Below are positions 1 to 11,100 of a stretch of DNA of 64,000 nt, piece by piece (position 1 is the first letter of the stretch; every line of letters starts with the position of its first letter). A model generated the notes under the pieces. That model was given only the letters and a program-made list of their open reading frames with translations, had not been told where the DNA came from and ran no database searches. The position numbers and the translations under genes are program-made. The stretch spans positions 5,824,001-5,888,000 of the forward strand of contig OZ250169.1 in the NCBI GenBank assembly GCA_965237955.1. Reading direction: 5' to 3'. This DNA comes from Candidatus Marinacidobacterales bacterium. Lineage in GTDB: Bacteria > Acidobacteriota > Vicinamibacteria > Marinacidobacterales > SMYC01.

Positions 1-1
1 C

Positions 2-220
2 GGTTTCGTAAAGGCGTTGTTTGCAAATCCCGCTGCTTCTGGTTTCACGGCGGACTTGCTGATAACCTCGTCGATATTCTGGATATTCATGTTCCATCAA
101 CACAAGCGCAGAAAGGGGCCGAGCCCCCTAATCTTCATCCTTCTCAATTTGCTCATTGGCCTCTCGTGTGCATTCCCCGCATACCTCTATGCGCGCGAGC
201 GGCGGGAATCAGCCGCATAG
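2..220 (+). CDS. DUF2834-like small membrane protein, 5'-truncated by the window edge
   Basis: Hydrophobic ORF with F-ANPAASGFTADLL...IGLSCAFPAYLYARE pattern; open from base 2. Confidence 0.6.
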   Translation, partial: GFVKALFANPAASGFTADLLITSSIFWIFMFHQHKRRKGPSPLIFILLNLLIGLSCAFPAYLYARERRESAA

Positions 221-263
221 AGCCGCCAAGTGTTTCGCATACTAGACGTGAAGGCGCACAGCT

Positions 264-620
264 ATGGACATTTGGATTCTCTTCGTAATGAACGCCGCAG
301 TGCTCGCTATCCTGGTTGCGGGCTTCTTCGTCGTCACGAACGTGATGCTACGGAATGTTCCAGACAACCAGCGAGCTGCGGTCTTTCGCGGAGGTTCGTT
401 TCTGAAGCTCGGCGGGCCTGGACGGACGCTCGTATTGCCGATGGTGGACCGGGCTGTCATGCTCACCATCGGCGATGAAGGCACCGCCCTGGTCGAGGGA
501 CGCGCGCAGTTCGGGGGCGCGGATATCCCGGTGCGCTCGTCGGCGCATCTCGAATCAGGGGAGCGAGTTCGCATCATTGGTTTCGATCGCGAGGAAGCAG
601 CGGTCATCTTGAAGGCGTGA
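264..620 (+). CDS. Small membrane protein with SPFH/stomatin-like N-terminal segment and NfeD-like C-terminus
   Basis: TM helix, then [24 protein letters not shown] (band-7 start) and [14 protein letters not shown] (NfeD OB-fold-like). Confidence 0.5.
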   Translation: MDIWILFVMNAAVLAILVAGFFVVTNVMLRNVPDNQRAAVFRGGSFLKLGGPGRTLVLPMVDRAVMLTIGDEGTALVEGRAQFGGADIPVRSSAHLESGERVRIIGFDREEAAVILKA

Positions 621-1078
621 GCGTCATCTGTTGGGAGAACTACATGCCGCTCGCACGTATGGCGATGTACGACAAGGGTGTGGAGGTCTACCTCGCGCCG
701 ACTGCCGATGCGCGGGATACGTGGCAAGCCACGCTACGCCACGTCGCTCTCGAGGGGCGGTGTTTCGTTCTGGGATCCAACCAGTACGTCACCAAATCGA
801 TGTACCCGGACGATCTCGCGAGCATCGAGGAGCTCGAAGATCAGCCCGAGGTCATGTGCCGTGGCGGCAGCGTCATCGTCTCACCCTTGGGCGAAGTGCT
901 CGCGGGACCGCTCTTCGATGAAGAAGGCATTTTGACCGCGGAGCTCGACCTCGGCGAGATCGCTCGCGCGAAGCTCGATTTCGACGTCGTAGGTCACTAC
1001 GCCCGCCCGGACGTATTCAAGCTCAGCGTCGACGAACGGCCGTCCCGCTCCGTCACCCGCGAGTCCGATTCAACGTGA
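617..1078 (+). pseudogene. Nitrilase (carbon-nitrogen hydrolase), C-terminal half only
   Basis: Begins at the catalytic ICWENYMP motif and ends [14 protein letters not shown]; the N-terminal Glu/Lys part is absent. Confidence 0.75.
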
Positions 1079-1103
1079 GCGGTCGAGTTGCTACTCTAAC
1101 CAG

Positions 1104-1664
1104 GTGAGACTTCTGGCCGCGGTCGTCGCCATCGTTCTATCGGCCCTCAGTTGCGCTCCACCGACAAACTGGACGGATCTGCGTTCGGTCGACGATCTGA
1201 AAGACGCTTTCAACCGCGATCAAGGGCAAGTGCGCCTCGTCCTGATCTTGTCGCCGACGTGAGGGGTTTGCGTTCAGGGCGCCCGGTGGGTGCAAACGAA
1301 CATTCTCGACGCCAAGCCGGACGCCGCGATTCGCGTCTATGCGATCTTCTTCGAGATCGTCGCCGGAGACAAAGGAGCGAAATACGAAGTCGAACCTCAC
1401 GAGCTGCTCGATGACCCGCGGGTGACACACTTTTGGGATGAACGCAGGCTGACCGGCCGCTGGTTCGACGAGAACGTGACACGGATCGGAAAGCGCACCG
1501 GCGAAGAAGGCCGCATCGAGTGGGATACGTTCATCCTTTACGATGATCGCGCGGAGTGGACCGACGAGCCGCCGCACACCGTGAGCTGGGGACGGCCGGT
1601 TATTCAGGAAAAAACTCGCCTCCTCCGAGATCTGGAGGAAGCGTTGGCGCGCCTTCCGGAATAG
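1104..1664 (+). CDS. Exported thioredoxin-like selenoprotein (UxxC), probable lipoprotein
   Basis: GTG 1104 MRLLAAVVAIVLSALSC...RLVLILSPT-TGA(1260-1262)-GVC, in frame with ORF 1290..1664; SECIS-like hairpin follows the TGA. Confidence 0.8.
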
Positions 1665-2830
1665 CTTCGCTCGGCGCAGGCCTTGGCGCGAGAAGCTTGA
1701 AAAGCGTCGGGAAGACGACTCCGGTCACGATCGCGAGGAGAATGACGGCGGCGCTCGTCGGGGAGTCGATCACTTCCATTTCCCGTCCCAGCGTTGCGAT
1801 GGCGACGAGGAGGGTCAACGGCGTCGCCAGCAGAAACGCGCCGGCGGCGACGGCGCGGAGTTGAAGTTCCAGCAACAGTAACAGGGTAGAGGGCACGAGC
1901 TTCGCGACCAGCGAGGCGAGGCCGAGAACGACGAGCGCTCGTCCCAACGTCGACACGTCACCAAGCGCGGACCATTCGAACGTGACACCCACATTAATAA
2001 AGAAAATAGGCACGAAGAAGCCCTGTCCGAGGGCCACTAGCTTGGTCTCGAGGACTCCGGTCTCGCGGAAGACGTAAGCGAACAACATCCCGGCCAAGAA
2101 CGCGCCCAGGATTGCCTCGAGACCCACCCACGCGGCGAGTGCCGCCAGGCCCAGCATGAGCACGAACCCGAAGCGCACGCCGAGCTCCGATGGGTCCTCC
2201 TCCCGCACCCATCGTTGAAAGCTGTGTGGAAACCACCAAGCCGCGAGCCGCATCAGCGCGAGCACCGCGAGGGCAACGACGAACAGCAGAAGCACCTGAA
2301 AGGCTGCCGCGCCCAGCTCGAGACTGATACCGTGCTTGATGGACGAGGTGGTATGCGGTAAGCGTCAGGAGAGTGAGGAACTCTCCGATGGAGCCCACGA
2401 GCAGGAGGATCTGGCCCCAGCGTGTTTGGGACGCGTTGGCCTCGACGAGCGCGACGAGAAGAACGCCGACCGACATCGCGCCAATCACGAGCGCCATGAA
2501 GGGTGGCATCTCGAGTCGCACCACGATGAACGCCGCGGTCGCGAGGACGAGGGAGGCCACCACGAACGCGAGGGTGACCGCCTTTCGTCCTTCACGCTCG
2601 ATGCGGTTGAAGTCGATCTCCATCCCGACGAGGAACATGAGGTAAATGAAGCCGAGCTCGGCGAGAAAATCGGTGGCTTGGCTCTCGTGGACCACGCCGG
2701 CGGCGCCAATGGCTAGGCCGAAGAGAATCTCGGCAACGGCCGCCGGCACGTGGATCCGGGACGCGACCAGGGGCATGAGAAACGCCCCGGTGTAGAAGAC
2801 GACGAGAGATAGGGCTTCAGCCAGCTCCAT
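1600..2830 (-). CDS. Cation:proton antiporter (CPA2/Kef-like), frameshifted near 2335
   Basis: ORFs 1994..2830 (LGFIYLMFLVGMEID) and 1600..2295 (ILGAFLAG, FFVPIFFINVG) are consecutive halves of one transporter. Confidence 0.8.
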
Positions 2831-4331
2831 GCACTCGCTCGCGGTGAGAGAGCGCGAGGACCGAGCTCGGACACCTCGTGATGATCTGAAGAGCTGTGTC
2901 GGGGTTGAAGAACGACGACTTTTGCCCCGCTCGGTGGGAAATCACGAGGAGGTCGCCATCGCCGGCGATGGTTTCGATCTCCTTGGCGGGGTTACCCTCT
3001 TTCACGATTTGATCGATCTTGATGTGATAGAGCGAGCCGACCTCCATGACCGTCTTGAGCGCTTCTTTTTGGTCGTCGACCGCTTCTTGGCCGACGATGA
3101 ACGCCGGTGGGGTCACGACCACGGCGGCGATCTCCAACGTCAGCTGCCGCGACAAATCGATGGCAAGCTCGGCCGCGAGCACGGTCGCGTCGGGGTCGAG
3201 CACCGGTAGCAGAATACGTCGATAAGGTTGGGTTCCGGCGGCGAGCAGCATCGGGCACGCGACGGTGTCGAGCACTTCCGCGAACGGAGGTCGGCTGAAA
3301 CCGATACGGCTCCAGAAACCGACGTGCGGTTTCGGGATCACGAACAGCCCGCAGTCGAGCCCGGGCAGGTCGCGCCGCACGATCGTGAGCAGGCTGTCGG
3401 TGGTGTTCACCGTTTGGGTCTCGATCCTCCCACGAGAAAGCTCGAGCGCGGGAGCGGGAGCACTCTTCGACGTCAACGCGCGAGCCGCCCGGGTTCGTGT
3501 GTTGTCCACGACGTACACGACTTCGTCCCAATAGGTATTGCTTTCCTCTGCTTGTGCGTACGCCACGGTGCGGACACCGTACTGAAGAGGAAAGCGGGCC
3601 ACGCCTTCGCGCAGGTAGTCGGCGATGTAAGGAAGTATCTCGGGCTCGCCCGTCAATAGAAGCCTGTCGCCCTCGCGAATGATGACGTGTCCGTGCGGGA
3701 CGACGTAGCGGTCTTGACGGTAGATCGCAGCGACCAGCCACCGTCGCGCACGAAGATCACGGACGCGCGCGTCGACGGCCGGCGAGCTTCTCAAGACCGG
3801 AATCTCCAGAATCTCGCCTTCGCCGAGCCCGACACCGCTCGCGACCTGGTGTGCTCGCTCGATCCGGTTCTTGATCAGTCCCGCGACCGCTTGCGGGCGG
3901 CTGACCATTTCGGCGCCGGCGCTCTTGAACCACTCCTCGTGCTCGGGGCGGCGCACGAGCCCGATCGTCGTCGGGGGAACCGGAATCGAGCTTGCCACGC
4001 GGCACGCCTCGGCGTTGATCTCGTCCTTGTTCGTCACCGCGGCCAGCCATTCTGCGCCGTCGAGACCCGCCTCTTTCAAATTGAGCAAACTCGTCCCGTC
4101 TTTTTCGAACAGGCGCACGTCGCGATCGGGAAGCTCGCGCTTGAGCCGTTCGAGGCGATCCGCGTCGATATCGAGCACCGCGATATCCCAACTATCGGAG
4201 AGCGTGCGCGCGAGGGCGCGGCCCGTTTGCCCAGCACCGACGATGACGACACGGCGTCTCGTCGGGCTCACTTCTTCGGTGGCATTAGCTTCGGCCGCGG
4301 TCGGTTTTTCCGGCTCGGGCATGGAGGTCAT
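2817..4331 (-). CDS. TrkA-N/TrkA-C (RCK) protein fused to universal-stress-protein-like domains
   Basis: VVIVGAGQTG Rossmann motif, TrkA-C VPHG..IREGDRL, C-terminal YRRILLPV...EGNPAKEI...RCPSSVL. Confidence 0.8.
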   Translation of the reverse strand: MTSMPEPEKPTAAEANATEEVSPTRRRVVIVGAGQTGRALARTLSDSWDIAVLDIDADRLERLKRELPDRDVRLFEKDGTSLLNLKEAGLDGAEWLAAVTNKDEINAEACRVASSIPVPPTTIGLVRRPEHEEWFKSAGAEMVSRPQAVAGLIKNRIERAHQVASGVGLGEGEILEIPVLRSSPAVDARVRDLRARRWLVAAIYRQDRYVVPHGHVIIREGDRLLLTGEPEILPYIADYLREGVARFPLQYGVRTVAYAQAEESNTYWDEVVYVVDNTRTRAARALTSKSAPAPALELSRGRIETQTVNTTDSLLTIVRRDLPGLDCGLFVIPKPHVGFWSRIGFSRPPFAEVLDTVACPMLLAAGTQPYRRILLPVLDPDATVLAAELAIDLSRQLTLEIAAVVVTPPAFIVGQEAVDDQKEALKTVMEVGSLYHIKIDQIVKEGNPAKEIETIAGDGDLLVISHRAGQKSSFFNPDTALQIITRCPSSVLALSHRERVHGAG

Positions 4332-4344
4332 TGTACCTGACCTA

Positions 4345-6066
4345 TCAATAACCGATCGCGGCGCTGGCGCGATAAGGTTCCACGCCCCCGCGAAGGCGCG
4401 TCTCGTCCCAGTCGATCAAGATGCCGCTCGGTCGACCGAAGTGAGAGCTCATGAAGCTTTCGAGCGCGGTGGTGACGTCGTATCCGCGCTCGCGCAAGCC
4501 ATCGGCAACTTGGGAACGAAAAAGTCCGTCGACGAGGACCCCGCTCGCTGCCTCGCGGTGAATACGGGGCGCGGCGATGGCTTCCTGTATGCCCATGTCG
4601 TGGTCCACCAGGTTGAGGAGGACTTGCAACACCGCGCTCATGATCTTGCGCGCTCCCGGGGAGCCGACGGCCGCGAACGCGCCGTCGCTATCGAATAGCA
4701 AGCACGGGGCAGCCGCATGGAGCGCACGCTTGCCGGGAGCGATCGAGCTGATGTGGCCGGGCTCGGGGTCGAACCACATCATCCCATTGTTGAGGACCAC
4801 GCCGAGACCCGGAACGGTGACGGCCGAGCCGAACCTCGCACCGAGCGTCGCGGTCAACGCGACCATGTTCCGTTCCCGATCGATGACGTTGAGGTGAGTC
4901 GTGTGCTGGCCGGGAGCATCGCCCGAGCCTTCGACTGAGGTTGCCCTCGTGTCATAGCGCCAAGGATCGCCAGACGGGAGAGGCTCGATGGTGGGACCGT
5001 TCGCATCGATCAGGGCCCGGCGCTCGTCAACGTAACCTTTCGCGCTAAGCCCTTCGAGCGGCACCGGAACGCTTCCAGGGTCGCCGAGAAAACGAAACCG
5101 ATCGGTGTACGCCATGCGAAGCGCTTCGGCGATGAGGTGCAGCCGGGTTATCGAGTCGTGAGCCAGAGGCTCGAGGGCGAAGCCGTCCAGCAGTTGGAGC
5201 GCAAACGCAACGGTAGGTCCACCGCTGTTCTCCGGCAGGCACGCGATTTCACAATCCCGGTAAGGCACGACCAACGGCTCGAGGACACGTGCCCGGTACG
5301 TTTCGAAGTCCTCCAGCGTGAGCACGCCCTCATGTTCACGGAGAAAGTCCACCGTCGCCGCGGCGAAGCGCCCCGAGTAGAAAACGTCAGGCCCTTCGTC
5401 CGCGATAACGCGCAACGTCTTCGCGAGCTCCGGCTGACGAAGACGTTCCGGCCGCGCAACCTGGAAGCTCGGAACCAGGGGCGTGCCGTCTTCGTGAAAA
5501 AAGATCGCCATGGTTTCGTCGAATGGGCCCAACCGTGACGCGGACGCGGCCGACTGGACGAAGAAATACTCGTCGACAGCGTAACCGTCTTCGGCGAGAC
5601 GAATCGCGGGCCCGAACAGGTCACACCATGGCAGGTCCCCGGATCCTTCGTGAAGCTTCTTCAAGGCAGCGAGGGCTCCCGGGACGGTTGGGGCCCGATA
5701 GCCTGTTTCCGAAGCATCGTCTGCGGTCGCTCGCCAGCCGTAGAGTCCGAGGCTCGTCGTCCCGTGGTCGGCGAGCTCGAACATGTCTTCCCGCGTTTCG
5801 CGCGGCGCTAGCGCGCTTCCGTCGTAGCAAACAGTGCGCTCGGTCTTCGCATCGTAAGAGACAGCGTACGCGCACCCACCAAGTCCGCTCAGGAACGGCT
5901 CGACGACACCAACCGCGAGCGCGGTGGCGACAGCTGCATCGGCGGCGCTACCGCCAGCGCGCAGTATCTCGACACCGGCCTCGGCGGCGAGAGGGTGCAT
6001 CGCCGTTACCATGCCGTTATCAGCAACGGCCTCGGTCTTCGCGATCGCTTGTTCGGTGCGGTTCAA
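4345..6066 (-). CDS. ggt: Gamma-glutamyltransferase
   Basis: GGSAADAAVA, VVEPFLSGLGG, catalytic HTTHLNVID, LNNGM, IAPGKR; probable TTG start 6066 overlapping the upstream stop. Confidence 0.9.
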   Translation of the reverse strand: MNRTEQAIAKTEAVADNGMVTAMHPLAAEAGVEILRAGGSAADAAVATALAVGVVEPFLSGLGGCAYAVSYDAKTERTVCYDGSALAPRETREDMFELADHGTTSLGLYGWRATADDASETGYRAPTVPGALAALKKLHEGSGDLPWCDLFGPAIRLAEDGYAVDEYFFVQSAASASRLGPFDETMAIFFHEDGTPLVPSFQVARPERLRQPELAKTLRVIADEGPDVFYSGRFAAATVDFLREHEGVLTLEDFETYRARVLEPLVVPYRDCEIACLPENSGGPTVAFALQLLDGFALEPLAHDSITRLHLIAEALRMAYTDRFRFLGDPGSVPVPLEGLSAKGYVDERRALIDANGPTIEPLPSGDPWRYDTRATSVEGSGDAPGQHTTHLNVIDRERNMVALTATLGARFGSAVTVPGLGVVLNNGMMWFDPEPGHISSIAPGKRALHAAAPCLLFDSDGAFAAVGSPGARKIMSAVLQVLLNLVDHDMGIQEAIAAPRIHREAASGVLVDGLFRSQVADGLRERGYDVTTALESFMSSHFGRPSGILIDWDETRLRGGVEPYRASAAIGY

Positions 6067-6740
6067 GCGAGAAGCTTTCCGAAGAAATCCAAAGTGCGTT
6101 CTTTGGCGAGCTTCGACGCTGCTTCGTCGAAGGCTCCTCGTCGGTCGCAGTTGAACCCGTGTCCCGCGTCGTAGACGTGGACCTCGGCATCGGGATGGGC
6201 TTTTTGGATCGCTTCGATGTCGCTCGAGGGAATGGACGCGTCCTTTGCTCCGAAATGCATGAGCAGAGGACAGCGCGCGGTTTCGTTCACGTAGGGCATG
6301 ATTTGCCCGCCGTAGTAGACGACGGCCGCGTGGATGTCGACTCGCGTAGCGGAAAGGTAAGAGATCGACCCGCCCCAGCAATAACCGACCGTCCCGACTT
6401 TCAATCCTTCATCGCCGAGCACCGTCACTGCTGCTTTGACGTCGAGGATCGTATCGTCCCACGAGAACTCTCCACGAAGTTTCCTTCCGAGAGACACGTT
6501 TTCTTTCGTATAGGTGAGCTCCGCGTTCTTGTGAGAGCTGCGGTCGTAGAGTTCGGGAGCGATCGCCGCGTACCCGTCTTCGGCGAAGCGATCGCACACG
6601 TCGCGAATGTGGGTGTTGACCCCGAAGATCTCCTGGAGGACGACGACGACGCCCTTGGCGCTGCCATCCGTACCGGCGCGATAGGCACCCAACGAGTGGC
6701 CGTCCGATGCTGTGAGGGTGAAGGTTGTACCCATGGTCAT
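6063..6740 (-). CDS. Dienelactone hydrolase family protein
   Basis: QEIFGVN, GYCWGG nucleophile, YDAGHGF. Confidence 0.92.
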   Translation of the reverse strand: MTMGTTFTLTASDGHSLGAYRAGTDGSAKGVVVVLQEIFGVNTHIRDVCDRFAEDGYAAIAPELYDRSSHKNAELTYTKENVSLGRKLRGEFSWDDTILDVKAAVTVLGDEGLKVGTVGYCWGGSISYLSATRVDIHAAVVYYGGQIMPYVNETARCPLLMHFGAKDASIPSSDIEAIQKAHPDAEVHVYDAGHGFNCDRRGAFDEAASKLAKERTLDFFGKLLA

Positions 6741-7684
6741 TCTCCCGACACGTTGCTCCCCGAAATCAACACTGCGAGACGCTTATCGCGAAACCGTTCA
6801 CGATGCGCGGTGGCGGCGGCCAAAGGGACCGCCCCCGCGGGCTCGACCTTGAGACCCAGGTCGCGTTCGATTGCGGTCATCGCTCGCCGGATCGCCTCGT
6901 CGTCGACGAGCAACATGTCGTCGGTGACTTCGACCATGGTGGTCACGGCTTCGGGAACGGGAACCCGCGTCGCGACCCCGTCGGCGATCGTGGATACGCT
7001 TTCGGTGGTGACGACTTTCTGTTCGCGGAACGATCGCTCCATCGCGGGCGCAGCGACCGCACCGGTACCGATGACGAGCGTCGCCGGGGCGTGCGCCTTG
7101 ACCCAGGTGCCGACGCCTCCGATGAGCGCTCCGTTTCCAACCGGAATCAGTACGGCGTCGAAAGGCTCAGGCCACTGCAATAGCTCGACCGCGAGTGTCC
7201 CCGCGCCCTCGGTGATGGCGACGTCGCGGCCGTCCTCGATGAACGTCCGGCCTTCGTCGGACGCGAACTGCCGGCAGGCATTCTTCGCCGCATCGAAATC
7301 GTCACCGACCAGGCGAACCTCGGCGCCGAGTTGGCGCATCCGCTCGACTTTGAAAGGGTTCGCCGCGGTCGCGGCGTAGACGATGAGCCTGATCTCGTGC
7401 TTGCGAGCGGCGTAGGCCAGTCCCTGTCCGAAATTTCCGGCGGACGCGCACGTCCATGTCTGCAAGAGTGGAGTCGAGGCTTTGTGGACGTGGGTGAAGT
7501 ACGCAGCACCTCTCCCTTTGAACGAGCGCACCGGGTTGACGCATTCGACTTTGACGATGATCTCTGCGCCGACGACGTCGCTGAGCGCATCATTTTGGAA
7601 TTGTGGCGAGTCGAGAAAAACGGGATCGATGACGGAGCGCGCCTCGGCGATGTGCTCGAGCGAGACCGAAGGCGCCGGGTCCAT
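6737..7684 (-). CDS. PLP-dependent threonine/serine dehydratase family protein
   Basis: KVECVNPVRSFKGRGA, SAGNFGQG, PVGNGALIGG, VEPAGA, ISGSN. Confidence 0.88.
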   Translation of the reverse strand: MDPAPSVSLEHIAEARSVIDPVFLDSPQFQNDALSDVVGAEIIVKVECVNPVRSFKGRGAAYFTHVHKASTPLLQTWTCASAGNFGQGLAYAARKHEIRLIVYAATAANPFKVERMRQLGAEVRLVGDDFDAAKNACRQFASDEGRTFIEDGRDVAITEGAGTLAVELLQWPEPFDAVLIPVGNGALIGGVGTWVKAHAPATLVIGTGAVAAPAMERSFREQKVVTTESVSTIADGVATRVPVPEAVTTMVEVTDDMLLVDDEAIRRAMTAIERDLGLKVEPAGAVPLAAATAHRERFRDKRLAVLISGSNVSGE

Positions 7685-7719
7685 GGCGGCCGATTCTATC
7701 GTACTTGGAGAGAGCGCTC

Positions 7720-7968
7720 TTAGTCGTCTGTCTTTTCCGGAGTGATGTTCTTCATCTCCGATTCACGATCGTCTCGGCTGCGCCACATGCCGAGCATGAC
7801 GGCGAGCACACCGAGGATCGCCTCGTCGATGAGAAAAATCGGATCGGGTGTGACTATGTCCACCGTGAAGAGCGCGACGAGCAGCAGAAAGAGCTGCGGG
7901 AACCTGAGGCTCGATAGGAACTTCCGGATGATTCCTTGCCGCTCTTCCTTCCCAATAGATGTAGGCAT
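7720..7968 (-). CDS. Small membrane protein (DUF6116-like)
   Basis: LRFPQLF...DIVTPDPIFLIDE pattern. Confidence 0.6.
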   Translation of the reverse strand: MPTSIGKEERQGIIRKFLSSLRFPQLFLLLVALFTVDIVTPDPIFLIDEAILGVLAVMLGMWRSRDDRESEMKNITPEKTDD

Positions 7969-8139
7969 ATCCCCATATTAACCTTGATATGCGTTGATGG
8001 AAAAGCGCCGACACTTTTTCCTTGAGTGCGAGCGCACGCGACGTGTATAAGGAGGTAACAGAGAGCCGGCCCCCAACCCGGCGGTGCGTTCTTGTAATGC
8101 AAAGCCTCGAAAGGGAGGGCGCAATGTCTTTCAGGCTCA

Positions 8140-11100
8140 GTGCGGTTCTCTCTGCTCGCCATCATCGCCTCGGCACCATTCGTGGACGTCGAAGGCGCTC
8201 AAACGCGTACCCGAAGGAATTTCTACGGGATGCACAACTTGAAAGACGGTGGTGCCCCGATCCCCGAAGGCATGAATTGGACCCGTCACTTGGTCGGTCG
8301 GGGCGGCTACGTCTTCGATTGGGTGAGAGGCGACTACGGGCAGTGGGTCGTCGACGCGATGGACCGGGAGCTAATCCCGGTGCTTCGAGTTCAAAACTGT
8401 AACGGGGGGTGTCTGCCCGATGCAGGCCATGCGGAGATTGTTGCCGACGTCATTCGGGAACATCTCGAACGGCACCGTCCTCAGTACACCAACCGGCTCG
8501 TCTACTTCCAGCTGTGGAACGAGCCCGGCGATGCGAGAGATTTCGTGACCCCCGAAGATTTCGCCGACTTCCTCGTGGCGGCGCACGCGGGCGTCGGGCG
8601 CGCGGACGCGAACGACGTATTCCGTACGATGACGCCGGGGCAAAACGGTCCTGATTGGTGGCGGCAGGCCATCCGCCACAACCCCGCCGTGTGCCAGGCG
8701 TTCGACGTGTGGGCTACGCACCCGTATCCCGAGTCTTACCCGCCGCACTACAACCATCACGACGGCGTTCCCTACATCAATCAAGTCAAAACGATCGACA
8801 GCTACCTGTTGGATCTCGACGCGGTCGTGAGCGAGTGCGCCGCCCAAGGCTCATCGCGCCGCGGGTTCCCGGTCATGATCACCGAGACCATTTACGGGGA
8901 TCGTCTCGGCATCGCTTACGAGGGATACCCCAAGACGACGCGCGGGGGCGTGTGCACCACCGATGGACCGTGCGACTTCCTGCTTGCTGCGCAGTACAAC
9001 CTTACCGCGTTCACCGAGTTTTGGCATCGATGGCCCGAAGTCATCGCGGTGCACCCGTTCATCCTTCAAAACTGGTCCTGGGATCCTTTTGCGTTCGTGA
9101 ACCGGGGAAGCCAATCGCGCGACGATCAGCCGATTCCCGATTGGTGTCCACCCGAGGACATCGGGGCGGCAACGCCGTGGCCCCCTGGATACAACCCCGG
9201 CGCCCAACGCTGTGGCATGCCGCAAGCGATTTACCCGCAGTACAAGGCGATCCTCGACGTCCCCAAGCCGCCTCCGGCCAGTCTCGAGCCTTATCGTGGG
9301 CCCGTCGGTGTCCTCAGGGGACGGGTCACGCGTCAGGGCACGGCTGAGCCCGTACGGTTCGCGACGCTCTTTACCGACGGTTACGAGTTTGGCGGACCGA
9401 CGATGTCCGACGGCATCTATGTCATCCGCGACGTTCCCGTGGGCACCTACACGCTGACGGTCGATAAAGTCGGCTATCGCGGTGACAGTCGGAGCGTGAC
9501 CGTCGCAGCGGGCACGGAAGCGATCGTGGAGTTCGATCTCGTGCACGAAGGGCGCGTATCGAAAGGGATTTACTTTCAGAACCAAGGGACGTGTCACGAC
9601 TGCAATCTTTTTGCGCCGTTTCTCGGCCAAACGCTGACGCTCCCCGACGATGTCGGCTTCATCAAGTTTGCCGCCGCGATGCCTAACGTTGGTGGCGTAA
9701 CCATGAAGCTCTCGATTCACGAAGGAGGTCCCACAGGTCCCCAGGTGGGAAGCTCCATCACCGTTGTTCCCGAATGGGGCGGTGAGATGATCGGGGCGGA
9801 GTGGCCCGGTGACGGCGTAGCGGTGATGCCAGGCGGAACCTACTTCCTCCGCGTCGAGCGAGCTGACGGCGAAGGTGTGTACCTGTACGCCACGGATGCA
9901 AACCCTTACGCCGGGGGCATGGCGTTCACCGGGACGACGCCCCACGCCGGGTGGGATCTTTTTGCGACGGTGCGCGGGAAAACCGCCGCCGTCGATTCGG
10001 TGTTGGGGACCGTGGTGGGCACCGTGGAAGACGAGAGCAACAATCCTCTCGCGGGCGCGAGCGTCACCGCGGAGCCGGGCGGGCTCACCGCGACGACGTC
10101 GGCGAGTGGGGAGTACTCGCTCATCCTTTCGGAAGGGGTTTATTCCATCACCGCGTCGCTTGTGGGCTTCGAGTCGGCGACCCACACGAATGTCTCGGTC
10201 TTGGAAGGTCAGACGAGCGTTTGGAGCTTCACGTTGGTGCGCGATGCGACACCGCCACCGCCACCACCTCCAGCGTCGGGGCTCATCACCAACGGTGATT
10301 TCTCGGCCGGGCTCGACGCGTGGTCGACGTGGACCGAGCGCGGTGCCTTGTCCCCGACAATCGACGGAAGTGGGGGGCTTCATCTCGCCGCCGTCGGCCA
10401 CAATGGGGGTGTGTACCAACAGTTTCTCACCGGCGGTTCCGGGACCGAGATTACCATCGATGGATTTTGGGCGAGTGACCCGACCGTCAGCAACGCGCAA
10501 TGGGCGGAAGTGCTCGTCATCGATTCGGATCGTCTGCCGGTAAACGGTCGAGATTTGAACGCCGGTGAGTCCGACGTTGTTCTCATCCACAAGATGGATA
10601 CGTGGGCGCACCCATCAGGGTGGTCCGGCAGCATGTCGCCGGGGACGTTCACCGCGACATTCATCGCATCTGGGGACGTGGCGACGATCATCCTCAAAAG
10701 CGGTAACCTTCTCGGAGTCGACTCGGGAACGCGGTTCGACGACATCGTGGTTCGTGCATCGTCACCGCCTCCACCGCCGGACAATAGGCCGCCGACGGCC
10801 GAGCTTGCCGCTGCGCCGACATCCGGAGCGGCGCCTCTGTTTGTCAGCTTCGACGGCTCGGGCTCGAGCGACGCGGACGGCGACGCGCTCACGTTTGCGT
10901 GGGATTTCGGCGACGGCGCGATCGCGTCGGGTTCGATATCCACGCATACGTACGTGAGTGAAGGCACGTTCATCGCGAGTCTGACCGTGAACGATGGTCG
11001 CGGTGGCGTTGCAACGGCGACGACGACGATCGGAGTCACACCTTCGGCCCCGGTCAGCGACCTCATTAGCAACGGCGATTTCGCGCGCGGGCTGGAAGCG

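Noticed and set aside
5523-7379. Long alternative-frame ORFs (e.g. 5523..7379, 8851..10611, 25683..27065, 54557..56356)
   Set aside because: Shadow ORFs overlapping well-supported genes in GC-rich DNA, with no motifs
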